Shown here in pieces: positions 1-12,413 of a DNA stretch of 64,000 bases. Source of the DNA: Macrostomum lignano (taxonomy: Eukaryota); contig NIVC01000076.1 of NCBI GenBank assembly GCA_002269645.1, positions 85,975 to 149,974 of the forward strand, read 5' to 3'. Under the pieces are notes generated by a model. That model had not been told where the DNA came from. It saw only the letters and a list, made by a program, of their open reading frames with translations, and searched no databases. Numbering within the stretch: position 1 is the first letter of the stretch; every line of letters begins with the position of its first letter. Made by a program: the position numbers and the translations under genes.

Positions 1-1157
1 AGTATGGAAGCATAGCACATGACTTGATTTATATTGCATAACTATATTATTAACTTTAATAGACTAGTATTGACTTGACTAAGAAATTGATTGTCATAAC
101 TGCTTTGTGTGACTTAATTCTGACTTAGTATGAGTATTAAATAAGTGCTAAAAATTCATTTTATAAAATCAACCAAAGCTACCTGGATATAAACAGACTA
201 CACTGCCAATGCAAAAACCTAGGTTCAAATCTTTGTAATTAATTTTTTTATCCAAAGCTTTTACTAAAATATTCATTAAATAATTATTAAATAGCAAAAA
301 GGATTTTTTTGAACTAGCTGAGATATGGAATATTGCACTAGCTAAGAAAAGGACTATTGCACTAGCTTAGAAAATAATTATTGCACTAGTTAAGACAGAT
401 TATTGCACTGGTTGAAAAGGATAGCCACCCTTGCCAAGCTTTTAGCCAAGCTTAATATTGCAGTGGCTGATACATAGATTATTGCACTAGCTTAGAAAGG
501 GATTATTGCATTACCTGAGAAAGCTATTATTGCATTAGCTGAGGAAATTGTTGCATTAGCTACTTGCTTTCTGGTGGATGCTTGCTATCTGAAGGGGGGG
601 TGTTTGATATCTCAGGGATGCTTGCTATCCGGGGGGGGGGGGGGTGCTTGCTATCTGTGGGATGCTTGCTATCTGAGATATTGTAACTATCAGTCAGATT
701 TCTGACTGATATATTGTTTTATAACCTAGGCTTGCATTTTTGGTGGCATGCATAAATGTTGAATAAAAGCATTTTTTAATTGTTTTAATATTCCAACATA
801 CATGTATATTGTTATAATAATGGCATACATAAGTTTATAAAATAAGTATATGCTATCAGTTTCTCAAATAGTAAGCTGCTTGTTGACTTTAAGCTTGAAA
901 GTTAAAGACTTGAAACTTTGTTTCAAGCTAATGGACATCATTTTGAGGATTTATCATGAGTCTGTCTCTCCTTTGTTTGATGTACTGTTAACAAAAGTGT
1001 TATTTTTTTAGTTTATACTTGGGTTTGGCTACCCTGTTTCGGTCCTCAGAGACTGTAAAATGGGGCCAGATACTCTGCTAGCATTAAAAATTTACCAGCA
1101 TATGACAAATAGTTTTAACCCAGTTTCAAATCGCTCACAAAACAATGGACTTATTGC

Positions 1158-4100
1158 ATGTCTGATCAAGCGTCTCACAGTAGACAACGCGAAGCTGCGG
1201 CCGCCGCCGCCGCCGCTCGCATTGCCAGCAGCGACGAGGACGACGCCAGCTCGAATGGCGACGATGAGGACAGTCTGGACTTTGATCCGTCTTATTATGA
1301 CAACACGGACGAGGATATGCTAGATGGAGCCAGCGCCGACTGTCGCTCGCAACCTCAGCATCAGGAATATGAGACTCTATCTGTGCCGCAGGTTGAGCAG
1401 CTGCTCAACGAAGCCGTTGAAGCCGCCTGCTCAGCTCTGGAGCTTCGTCCTGCCACAGCCAGGCGATTATTAATTGCCTATAATTGGAATTTGGCCGCTT
1501 TGGAAACCGAATGGCGTCGGGATCGGCGCGCGGTGATGCAGAAGGCGCGGATTTTGCCGCCAGATCCCTGCGTGTCCGGTGCTCAGCGTCCGCCGCTGGG
1601 GGCGCCGATGCCTAAGCCACAGGTAGACTAATATCGATTACATTGTGCGCGTTGGGGGGATATAATCATAAAAATCTACAGGGGGCTGTGGTGCACCCTG
1701 GTGCGCAATGCTTTCGGTGACTTCATCCCGCAACACCAGCGCTGAAGCAGATCTGCCTATTCTGCTGACTTCTGAGCATATACAAGCCTGTCAATACTGT
1801 ACGCAGGATTACACAGGATTTGCAGCGGCTCTGACCTTCTAATCGCTAGCCGTGATGCCATTTACGAAAATCATTAAATCAAGAATGGCATGGTAGATAC
1901 AGTAGGTATTGCTATGGGTAGATACAATAGGTATTGCTATGGGTAGATACAGTAGGTATTGCTATAGGTAGATACAGTAGGTATTTCTATGGGTAGATAC
2001 AGTAGGTATTGCTATGGGTAGATACAGTAGGTATTTCTATGGGTAGATACAGTAGGTATTGCTATGGGTAGATAAAGTAGGTATTGCTATTGGTAGAAAA
2101 AGTAAGGTATTGCTATTGGTAGATACAGTAGGTATTGCTATGGGTAGATGCAGTTGGTATTGCTATAGGTAGATACAATAGGTATTGTTATGGGTAGATA
2201 CAGTAGGTATTGCTATAGGTAGATACAGTAGGTATTTCTATGGGTAGATACAGTAGGTATTGCTATGGGTAGATACTAGTAGGTATTTGCTATTGGGTAG
2301 ATACAGTAGGTATTGCTATAGGTAGATAGATACAGTACTATAGTAGGTATTGTTATAGATAGGGTATACAGTAGGTATTGCTATAGGTAGATACAAGTAG
2401 GTATTGCTATGGGTAGGAAATAGCAGGTATTGCTATGGGTAGATATAGTAGGGTATTGCTGAGTAGATAAAGTAGGTATTGCTCTAGGAGGATATAGTAG
2501 GTATTCTTATTGGTAACTATAAATATATATGGCTATGGTAGACAGTAATAATTATGGTAAATAGAGAAGCTGAAAAGGCATAGACAGGACAGGCTCTTAC
2601 TCTTAATGCTGTGATAGACAGCTTTATATAGTCTTGATATAAAATGAATGAATTAATTACGTTAGTAAAAAGCTACATACCCTAATGCCAAATTCGCTTC
2701 TTAATGCAGGTAATGCAGCCAGGCATAGCCTGCCAAATCTGCTGCCTACCAACCAGCCCAAACGTGACAGTCAAAGGCTTAGCCTGCGGTCATGTTTTCT
2801 GCACAGACTGCTGGCAGGCCTACGTAGCCACCCAGCTGCAGGCTAGCAAAGCCGATGTACAGTGCATGGAGCGGGACTGCGCACTGCTGGCCACTGACGA
2901 TCTAGTTCTAGCCTGCCTGACCGATCCGGCTGTAAGGCGAAGATTTCACGAGGTTTCATTCCGAGCCCAGATTAGTTCGCATCCTCAGCTGGCCTTCTGC
3001 ACTCGGTCGGATTGCACCGGCGTGCTGAGGGCTAAACAGCGGGACGCCAGGCTGGTTGTGTGCGCCCAGTGCAAGTCGGCGTTCTGCTTCGCCTGCGGCT
3101 TGGATTACCATGCTCCGACTGATTGCGCTCTGATTAAACGGTGGCTGTTGAAGTGCAGAGACGATTCGGAGACTGCTAATTATATAAGCGCGCATACTAA
3201 GGTGAGACTTGCTGACAGGCGGACAGACATACACTGCAACAGCAGACAGACACTGCAACAGCAGACAGACACTGCAACAGCAGACATACACTGCAACAGC
3301 AGACAGACACTGCAACAGCTGACAGACACTGCAACAGCTGACAGACACTGCAACAGCTGACAGACACTGCAACAGCAGACATACACTGCAACAGCAGACA
3401 GACACTGCAACAGCTGACCGACACTGCAACAGCTGACAGACACAGCAACAGCAGACATACACTGCAACAGCAGACATACACTGCAACAGCAGACAGACAC
3501 TGCAACAGCAGACAGACACTGCAACAGCAGACATACACTGCAACAGCAGACAGACACTGCAACAGCTGACCGACACTGCAACAGCTGACAGACACTGCAA
3601 CAGCTGACAGACACTGCAACAGCTGACAGACACTGCAACAGCTGACAGACACTGCAACAGCTGACAGACACTGCAACAGCTGACAGACACTGCAACAGCT
3701 GACAGACACTGCAACAGCTGACCGACACTGCAACAGCTGACAGACACAGCAACAGCAGACATACACTGCAACAGCAGACAGACACTGCAACAGCTGACAG
3801 ACACTGCAACAGCTGACAGACACTGCAACAGCTGACCGACACTGCAACAGCAGACATACACTGCAACAGCAGACAGACACTGCAACAGCAGACATACACT
3901 GCAACAGCAGACAGACACAGCAACAGCAGACGTACACTGCAACGGCAGACGTACACTGCAACAGCAGACAGACACTGCAACAGCAGACAGTCAGACACTG
4001 CAGACAGACAGACACTGCAACAGCAGACAGTCAGACACTGCAGACAGACAGACACGTGCAACAGCAGACAGACACTGCAACAGCTGACCGACACTGCAAC

Positions 4101-7100
4101 AGCTGACAGACACAGCAACAGCAGACATACACTGCAACAGCAGACAGACACTGCAACAGCTGACCGACACTGCAACAGCTGACAGACACAGCAACAGCAG
4201 ACGTACACTGCAACGGCAGACGTACACTGCAACAGCAGACAGACACTGCAACAGCTGACAGACACTGCAACAGCAGACAGACACTGCAACAGCAGACAGT
4301 CAGACACTGCAGACAGACAGACACTGCAACAGCAGACAGACACTGCAACAGCTGACAGACACTGCAACAGCAGACAGACAGACACTGCAACAGCAGACAG
4401 TCAGACACTGCAGACAGACAGACACTGCAACAGCTGACAGACACTGCAACAGCAGACAGTCAGAAACTGCAGACAGACAGACACTGCAACAGCAGACAGT
4501 CAGACACTGCAGACAGACAGACACTGCAACAGCAGACAGACACTGCAACAGCAGACACTGCAGACAAACTCTGCAACAGCACACAGACACAGCAACTGCA
4601 GACACTGCAGACAGACAGACACTGCAATAGCAGACAGACACTACAACAGCAGACAGACACTGCAATAGCAGACAGACACTGCAACAGCTGACAGACACTG
4701 CAACAGCAGACAGTCAGACACTGCAGACAGACAGACACTGCAACAGCAGACAGTCAGACACTGCAGACAGACAGACACTGCAACAGCTGACAGACACTGC
4801 AACAGCAGACAGTCAGACACTGCAGACAGACAGACACTGCAACAGCAGACAGACACTGCAGACAGACAGACACTGCAACTGCAGACACTGCAGACAGACA
4901 GACACTGCAACAGCAGACAGACACTGCAATAGCCGACAGACACTACAACAGCAGACAGACACTGCAATAGCAGACAGACACTACAACAGCAGACAGACAC
5001 TGCAATAGCAGACAGACACTACAACAGCAGACAGACACTGCAATAGCAGACAGACACTACAACAGCAGACAGAGACTGAAACAGCAGACACTGCAACAGC
5101 AGACACTGCAGACAGACACTGCAACAGCAGACAGACACTGCAAAAGCAGACAGACTGCAACAGCAGACACTGCAGAAAGAAAGATACTACAGACAGTCAG
5201 ATAGACACTTAAAACAAAGAGACAGGCGGTCAGACAAGATAGGTTCAGTTGGACAGCTAGATATGTACAAAAAAGACAGGTTCAGACAAGACAGACCTTC
5301 TATGGTAGTCCACACAGTCCACACATAGAAGACAGCAGGTCCAGACAACAGAAAATGCAACTTCAGACAGACAGGTAAGGAAATACCAACAACCAGGTCC
5401 AGACATGAAAGACAAACAGACCCAGACATAAAAGACAGGCAGGTCCAGACGACAGCAAAGACAACTTCAGACAGACAGATAACCAGATCACAAAAGCCAG
5501 CTTGTTTGAATACTGTCGAAACGCAGTTTTAGAAAGTCTGTAAATGCTGTCATCCTAGTTAGCACCAAAACGAACACTCTAACCTCCCAATCCAGGACTG
5601 TCCAAAATGCGGAGTTTGCATCGAAAAGAACGGCGGCTGCAATCATATGCAGTGCTTCAAGTGCAGATTCGATTTCTGCTGGGTTTGCCTCGGCGACTGG
5701 CGTCAGCACGGCAAAGATTTCTACGAGTGCAGCAAGTACAAAGAGAATCCGTCGATGCTTAGCGAGGCCGCCGCAGGCGCCCAGGCTCGCGAGGCGTTGC
5801 GCAAATATCTGCACTATTTCACCCGCTGGGACAATCACGGCAAGTCGCTGCGATTGGAGGCCGACGCTTTGAAAAAGATTCGCGACCGAATTGAAGAGCG
5901 CGTCATGCTGAGCGAGGGCACCTGGATTGATTGGCAGTACCTGATTGTGGCGGCTGAGATGCTGCGCCGGTGCCGCTACACCCTGCAGTACACCTACCCG
6001 TACGCCTATTTTCTGCCTAAGGGTCACGTGCGCAAGGAACTGTTTGAGTATCAGCAGGTGAGTTTAAGTTAAAATAAAGTTTTCTGTACTGTCCATTGAA
6101 AACGATACCGTGACAAGAATAGCTGAAGAATCGTTGCAAACAATTGTCTAGTGACTCTAGCGACTCTGGATTCTGGAACGACTCAAAACGCGTCAAATGC
6201 GACAGAGAGGCTGAATCGTAGAGTCGCAGAATCGTAAAAGAGTCACGGTAGATTCGTCCAAGAATCTCTGTGTTGGCGCTTAACTTTCACCGGGGATGTG
6301 ACTCTAATTTCATCAAGCAACGCAAATGCGCCTCAAGCACAACTTTGTGACTAGAGTGGTTTCAGAGTCGCAGACAATAAAACGCTTTAAAGTGACTCTT
6401 AGGTGACTCTTTGACGACTTTATGGCGACCTGTACCGTGACATCTCGTAGTTTTAGAGTCTTCTAGAGTCACTTCTTTTCTATTTTACCTGAGTTTCCTG
6501 AGTTACCTGCAACGACTGAAACGACTTTGGGCCGAGGCAAGGGACCTTTTTGGCCTAGGTACCATGGAAGTCATGTTGCCAATGACTTTTCAACTTTACT
6601 TGTTGCCATTCTGAAGTTGGACCCAGGATGCCAAATTAAAATTGGAGTAATCTGTAAATATGGAGTCTGCAGAATTCTTTGACTAGCTGGCATCCTGGTT
6701 TTCAATTTGGCACTACAATTGCGATGCCCAGTGGTTAGAGCGTCGGACTCACGACTGAAAAGTCGGGGGTTCGATTCTCGGTCCACTCGGAACAATTTGG
6801 GTCCTTGAGCAAGGCACTTAACTCTGCATTGCTTCAGTTCACCCAGCTGTAAAATGGGTGCCAGCATTAGTTGGGGTAATTGAGGGTGTGTGGCAACCCC
6901 CAGTCCTTGGACTGAACAGCCGTACGCAGCCTTCAGATGCGCCGCGCAATAGCTGTGGCTGAGCTGTCGGTTGCACATCTGCCCATTATAGGTGTAAGTG
7001 TAATCAGTTATTATTATTATTATATGTGATGCTTAAAAAACCCTGGCTTATCAATTTTACACTTGATAGCAACACGATTGAAGAGAATAAAGTTTAATAT

Positions 7101-7454
7101 AGAGAACGGAAAGGTAGAATGTCTAGCAATAGCACAAGGACGTATTAGACTAGTATAAGAGTCGTTTGAATTTTAAAAAAAGTTAAATGAGTCGCGTAGA
7201 GTCTTGTTGGGAGACAGTTTTTGTAGCATTTTTAGTATCTAATATATTTTCTACTAACAGTAGTGTTAAGGGCAAAAGCGTTTGACTCTAACCATTTCTG
7301 TGTTCAACAGGCTATGCTGGAGAAAGCTGTCGAAGATCTGTCCTTCCTTATCGAGCGGGCCGATCTGTCGGATCGGTCCCATCGGGGCCAGGTTGAAAAC
7401 CAGATGTTCCACTGCGAGAAGATGCGCGAATTCCTTGTTAAGGAGTTTCACTGA
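1158..7454 (+). CDS. ARIH2: Ariadne-family RBR E3 ubiquitin ligase, ARIH2/TRIAD1-like; exons 1158-1622, 2710-3201, 5596-6057, 7311-7454 (~520 aa)
   Basis: Acidic N-terminus, RING1 (CQICC...[10 protein letters not shown]), IBR, then [14 protein letters not shown]|[31 protein letters not shown] (RING2 with catalytic Cys, nearly identical to recalled ARIH2), and an Ariadne domain ([12 protein letters not shown]...LFEYQQ|[11 protein letters not shown]). All three introns are GT-AG, phase 0, and join in frame. Confidence 0.95.
1892..2530. repeat. 25-bp minisatellite (GTAGATACAGTAGGTATTGCTATGG)n in ARIH2 intron 1
   Basis: Tandem copies read directly; they degenerate towards the 3' end. Confidence 0.92.
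3222..5175. repeat. Compound minisatellite built from CAGA/CAGACACTGCAACAG modules in ARIH2 intron 2
   Basis: Direct reading; it accounts for the Cys/Val/Ser-rich minus-strand ORFs in the track. Confidence 0.95.
6100..6563. repeat. Dispersed repeat rich in GACTC/GAGTC motifs; partial second copy at ~9024-9152
   Basis: 6415-6563 (GGCGACCTGTACCGTGACATCTC...TAGAGTCACTTCT...ACCTGCAACGACT...GGCCTAGGTACC) aligns by eye with 9024-9152. Confidence 0.7.
6720..7023 (+). mobile_element. tRNA-derived SINE with CORE-like central block and (TTA)n tail, in ARIH2 intron 3
   Basis: A-box-like TGCCCAGTGG, B-box GGTTCGATTCTC, CORE-like CCTTGAGCAAGGCACTTAAC...CAGCTGTAAAATGGG and a (TTA)n tail. A second copy lies at 44083-44289. 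Confidence 0.8.
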
Positions 7455-7718
7455 CTCATTCACGCAACGACTTTTTTACTTTGCGTTGTTTTCAATTTGT
7501 TCAAATTGTTCATGCGTAATAGATCGGAAATTCCCAGAGTGAGATGGGTATCCTAGGTGGATAGAGGTGAGTGTCCTATGTAGATTTAGGTGGGTGTCCT
7601 ATGCAGATTTACTCGTATGTGGGTGTCCTAGTCGGGGTGAGATAGGTGTCCTATGTGGGGTGAAACGGTTGTCTTAGGCGGAGTCAGTTGGGTGTTTTAG
7701 ATGGGGTGGGGATGTGTG

Positions 7719-8175
7719 TTCTAGCCAGACTGAGATGGGTAATCAAAAAGGAGTGGGTGGGTGTTCTAGCCAGACTGAGATGGGTAATCAAAAAGGAATG
7801 GGGTGAGTGTTCTAGCCAGACTGAGATGGGTAATCAAAAAGGAGTGGGTGGGTGTTCTAGCCAGACTCAGATGGCTAACCTGAAAGGAATGAGGTGGGTG
7901 TTCTAGCCAGACTCAGATGGCTAACCTGAAAGGAGTGAGGTGGGTGTTCTAGCCAGACTCAGATGGCTAACCTGAAAGGAGTGAGGTGGGTGTTCTAGCC
8001 AGGCTGAGATGGGTAACCTAAAAGGAGTGAGGTGGGTGTTCTAGCCAGACTGAGATGGGTAACCTAAAAGGAGTGAGGTGGGTGTTCTAGCCAGGCTGAG
8101 ATGGGTAACCTAAAAGGAGTGAGGTGGGTGTTCTAGCCAGGCTGAGATGGGTAACCTAAAAGGAGTGAGGTGGGC
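7719..8175. repeat. ~46-bp minisatellite (GTGGGTGTTCTAGCCAGACTGAGATGGGTAACCTAAAAGGAGTGAG)n
   Basis: About ten tandem copies visible. Confidence 0.92.
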
Positions 8176-9574
8176 GTGCTATAAAATGGCTTGAATTTAT
8201 ACAAGGTATAGTTTATTAATTCGGGTTATTTACGGCCACATCTCTGAAGTGTAGTGTTGTAAAGTAAATGTTCAGTTTAAACGACGCCCAAAAAATGTTC
8301 TTAAAACAGAATTTTTGCATCTTCTTGTTAACTAATATTTCTTTCTTTCTATTTTTGTAATCAGTTTTGCTAACTGTCCGTGCTACGTAGTACGGCATGC
8401 ATGAGCTCTTCTATTGTATGTAAATTATTCAGCATGCCAATAATTGGGCATAGCTCCAACTCTGTTAGTTTGTGATAGTGTGTGTCTGCTCTGTTGACTG
8501 TTTCTCCCTTAATGAGCATGTCAGATACGCTCGTTAAGTTTTACCTATGCTTGATTGGCCCCATTTTCATTTAATTATTGCAATATGCTCATTAAAATTT
8601 ATTTGGGTTAATTTGCTACCCGCTTTTGCCATTAGCCGAGTAATGTTCGCTACTAAATTGTTCGCTTCGTTCAACCGAAATTCCTAATCTGGTTTAATCG
8701 CTTCTTTTCTGTAAATTAATCACGCCCAGGTTTTAAAAAGATAATTGAAGAGCAATCATAATGCTATAATTACAGTTTTATGTACATAGTGCACTGCAAT
8801 CAATACGAGCGTAGTTACGACTTTCAGAACTTTATTATGTCCTGTTGTTCGGTTCAGTCTATCGTAATTTATTATTCTGCACCAAGCATGTTTTTTTTCA
8901 TAAATATTCAGGTGCCGAACTCTGAATTTATTATAATTGATTTAATTCTTTTTAATCGAATCTCTAATCATCCTTCATTTTATAAGTTAGATAATCTACG
9001 AGTATAAACCATACCCGTTGAAAACTGTTTGGCGACTTGTACCTTGACATCTCATCGGTTTAGAGTCGTCTAGAGTCACTTCTTTCCTATTTTACCTGTG
9101 TAACCTGCAACGACTCTGAAACCACTCTGGGACGCTTCTTGGTCTAGGTGCCGTTTTCATCGGGATAAATATTACATTGCTTCAAATATTTGTGTCTGTA
9201 TAATGTCAAAATAATATATACTATTCTCTAAATATAGTTAGTCTATGCACCGTTTTTGTTTATTATTTGCTTTCCTAGTTCTACTGTGTCATTTTCCTTA
9301 TTTAAATATATAAGAGTAGATGTTTCCTACCCTGAATTCAAGCTGTAATTAATTTTTGCTTTTTCACAGTGAATAATAAATGGGATTGGATTTAATATCC
9401 GCACTACATTATAATCTGTGCTATCAGAATGATGTCGAAATTCTGCAAACGAAACTGACTCCTAAAGGCAGGTAATTTTTGCTCAAATTCTTTATCAATA
9501 ACTTTCTATAGTCATGTATGTCGTGTCTTCAGTTTATCTAGCTGCCTCCAAACCTCATAATCAGTTCTCTGCTT

Positions 9575-10205
9575 TAATCAGCACCCTCCGAACTCAACAG
9601 CACCCTCGGAACTCAGCAGCAGCACCCTCCGAACTTAACAGCACCCTCCAACTCAACAGCGCCCTCCGAACTCAACAGCGCCCTCCGAACTCAACAGCGC
9701 CCTCCGAACTCAAACACTCAACAGCATCCTCCGAACTCAAACACTCAACAGCACCCTCGGAACTCAGAAGCAGCACCCTCCGAACTCAACAGCACCCTCC
9801 GAACTCAAACACTCAACAGCACCCTCGGAACTCAGAAGCAGCGCCCTCCGAACTCAACAGCACCCTCCGAACTCAACAGCGCCCTCCGAACTCAACAGCA
9901 CCCTCCGAACTCAAACACTCAACAGCATCCTCCGAACTCAAACACTCAACAGCACCCTCGGAACTCAGAAGCAGCACCCTCCGAACTCAACAGCACCCTC
10001 CGAACTCAAACACTCAACAGCACCCTCGGAACTCAGAAGCAGCACCCTCCGAACTCAACAGCACCCTCCGAACTTAGCAGCAGCACCCTCCGAACTCAAC
10101 AGCGCCCTCCGAACTCAAACACTCAACAGCACCCTCGGAACTCAGAAGCAGCACCCTCCGAACTCAAACACTCAACAGCACCCTCCGAACTCAACAGCAT
10201 CCTAC
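9575..10205. repeat. Compound minisatellite of CAGCACCCTCCGAACTCAA modules
   Basis: Direct reading; source of the spurious 187-aa ORF 9514-10077. Confidence 0.92.
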
Positions 10206-10538
10206 AAACTTTCCAGCATCCTCCCACTCATAGCACTCATACATTCTACATAGCACTCATCTTTCAAGCGCATGCAAACCTAAAAAAGACGTTAACGTCT
10301 TTGCAATGAAATATTGGCTCTAAATTAGTTCCTTATAATTTCTATCTTTAATATCTACAGTGTGTACTTGTACGAGTATTTACAAGTACTATTTATTAGT
10401 GCCAAGACAGGCAGTCAGACGCACACACTTGCAGACTGTTTGGCCACACCCTATTTTCAGCGTTTGATGCCATAGAAATGTTGGGCCTATATTATACAGA
10501 TACTAAATATACAACATCAGATAGAATGGCATGTAATA

Positions 10539-11042
10539 TTGGTTTTGTCAGCCTAACTGAGAATAAAGCCATCCAAAGTGAGAATCCTGCCTACGCTGAC
10601 TGCGAAGGGCCTGGCTGCGTGCAGCCTTAGTCTATGGGCCATAGACTATAAAGGACAAGCAAAGTGATAAAAAGCCATCCAATGTGAGAATCCTGCCTAC
10701 GCTGAATACGGAGGGCCTAGCTGCGTCCAGCCTAGTCTATGAGCCATATGAGTCTAGGATTTTAACTCTTTACTTTACTGTACTGTATCATCCAGTGTGT
10801 TCCTGTTTCCGTTATTCCGTTCAAGCTATTGGCTAGTCATATGGCTCAGAAGGTATAAAAATAAAAGAATACGACGCATAGACCAATCGATTCTCACATT
10901 AGATGGCTTTTTATCACTTTGCTTGTCCTTTATTGTCTATGGCCCATAGACTAAGGCTGCACGCAGCCAGGCCCTTCGCAGTCAGCGTAGGCAGGATTCT
11001 CACTTTGGATGGCTTTATTCTCAGTTAGGCTGACAAAACCAA
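10539..11042. mobile_element. MITE with ~155-bp terminal inverted repeats and TA flanks (Tc1/mariner-type TSD)
   Basis: 10537-10692 is a near-perfect reverse complement of 10889-11044; TA is present at both ends. Confidence 0.8.
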
Positions 11043-11811
11043 TACTAAACAGAGTGAATACGAGTATCTAATAACACGGTAGTGTTTCTTAATCAATTAA
11101 TCGTACCGGGTTTCCTTTTCCTATGTAATTTTTTCATTTTATTACATGTAAATCGATAAAATGTATCAACTATTTATGTTAGCAGCTTAGCTGCCATAAC
11201 AATTTATTGCCCCACATATAGATATAGTAAGGTTGTAAGGTTGACTGAAGAATCATACAGTTCTAGATAAAGTTTCTGGAAAGGAAACTGACTGTAGCTT
11301 CCATATTTTCACGCTTTAAAAGATAGGGAGGCCAAAAAGCCAGGTGTCCCACCTCTATATAGTGTTATTGAAATAGTTTCTGCGAGCCTAGTTAGTAAAT
11401 TATAGCTTACTGTGTCAGTTCCAATTCCATGTAGTCTAGATAGCTAATTTTAAAACACACTGGCTGCATACTTGCCCTTGAAAACGATTTTATAAGAAAA
11501 ATCGATCTAAGCTTTTGAATTCAACACTGCCATTTTAGACAGGAAATTCTAACAAATTTCAGTTTATTTTTTACGAGCTTGCAGGCCAATTCGAGAAGAA
11601 AAAAGTGGTTGGGAATGCTACGTGGACCGGAACTGACGTGGACTGTGCTCAGTCAGACTTGGTCATCCTTTTCTGTCAGCTTCTCATTGGCGGACGCGCG
11701 GAGCTCGGGCTTCTTGTTGAGATCTACTTAAATGCCAACCCCTATTGAAATCCTTGCCTTGCTACTTTTATTGTCGGTTTTCTCACGTACGCAGAGTAAC
11801 AATACGGTTCA

Positions 11812-12413
11812 ATGGTGAGTTTCATTATTCTGTTTCGAAATACATTCATTTTTCTAATATGAGTACACAAGATTTACCTATTCGATTTATTTATACGCAG
11901 GCAACTCTCAGGACCAGGAGCGTCGCTGCCGTCGCTGCGATCTGCTGCATTCTCTACCTGGCCTCCGTGATCACCGCTGCGTCCAATGAAGGCGACTCGC
12001 AATCGGCCCAGAAGGCCAAACGGCCCAAGTACAATGAAACTCGATTCAAGGAGGTTATCATCAGGGGCAATGTAGAATGGAATCGCACCAGAAAGGACGA
12101 CGACATGCGGCCGTCCTATGCTATGCTGCACGCCCACCTGCAGTGCGGCTCCAACCTGACTAACATTAAAGAATTTGTCAAGTCGATCCTGCAGGAAGAA
12201 TACTGGCCAAACGTCTACTGGAAGAACGGGCAGGACGCCAAGCCAACGCTTTACATATTCACCCAGGAGAAGAAGTACGCGCACCGGATTGATGTGCTGG
12301 ACAAGTCTTCCGACGAGATCAAGGATCTGCTGAGAGGCTACGGATTCAACGGCACTCCCGATCCGCCGGAAGAAGAGGCAGAGGAGGACAAGAATACGAA
12401 GACCGAGCTTTGA
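11812..12413 (+). CDS. Sep15/SelM-family-like ER protein without Sec; exons 11812-11814 (ATG only) and 11901-12413 (~171 aa)
   Basis: ATG|GTGAGT donor and TTATACGCAG acceptor in frame. Signal peptide MATLRTRSVAAVAAICCILYLASVITA. Segment LTNIKEFV...WPNVYWK...AKPTLYIF...RIDV...SDEIKDLLRGYGF follows the recalled SelM/Sep15 pattern. C-terminal KTEL resembles an ER-retention signal. Confidence 0.7.

Noticed and set aside
1060-1323. Upstream ORF overlapping the ARIH2 start in another frame
   Set aside because: No recognisable motif, and it is unknown whether its ATG lies in the transcript.
2956-5000. Long Cys-rich minus-strand ORFs (up to 401 aa) resembling keratin-associated or metallothionein proteins
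   Set aside because: They are translations of the CAGACACTGCAA minisatellite inside a well-defined ARIH2 intron, and they are open in several frames at once.
6720-6790. Possible tRNA gene
   Set aside because: A and B boxes are present, but the acceptor stem does not close and the sequence continues into a SINE body and tail that is repeated elsewhere.
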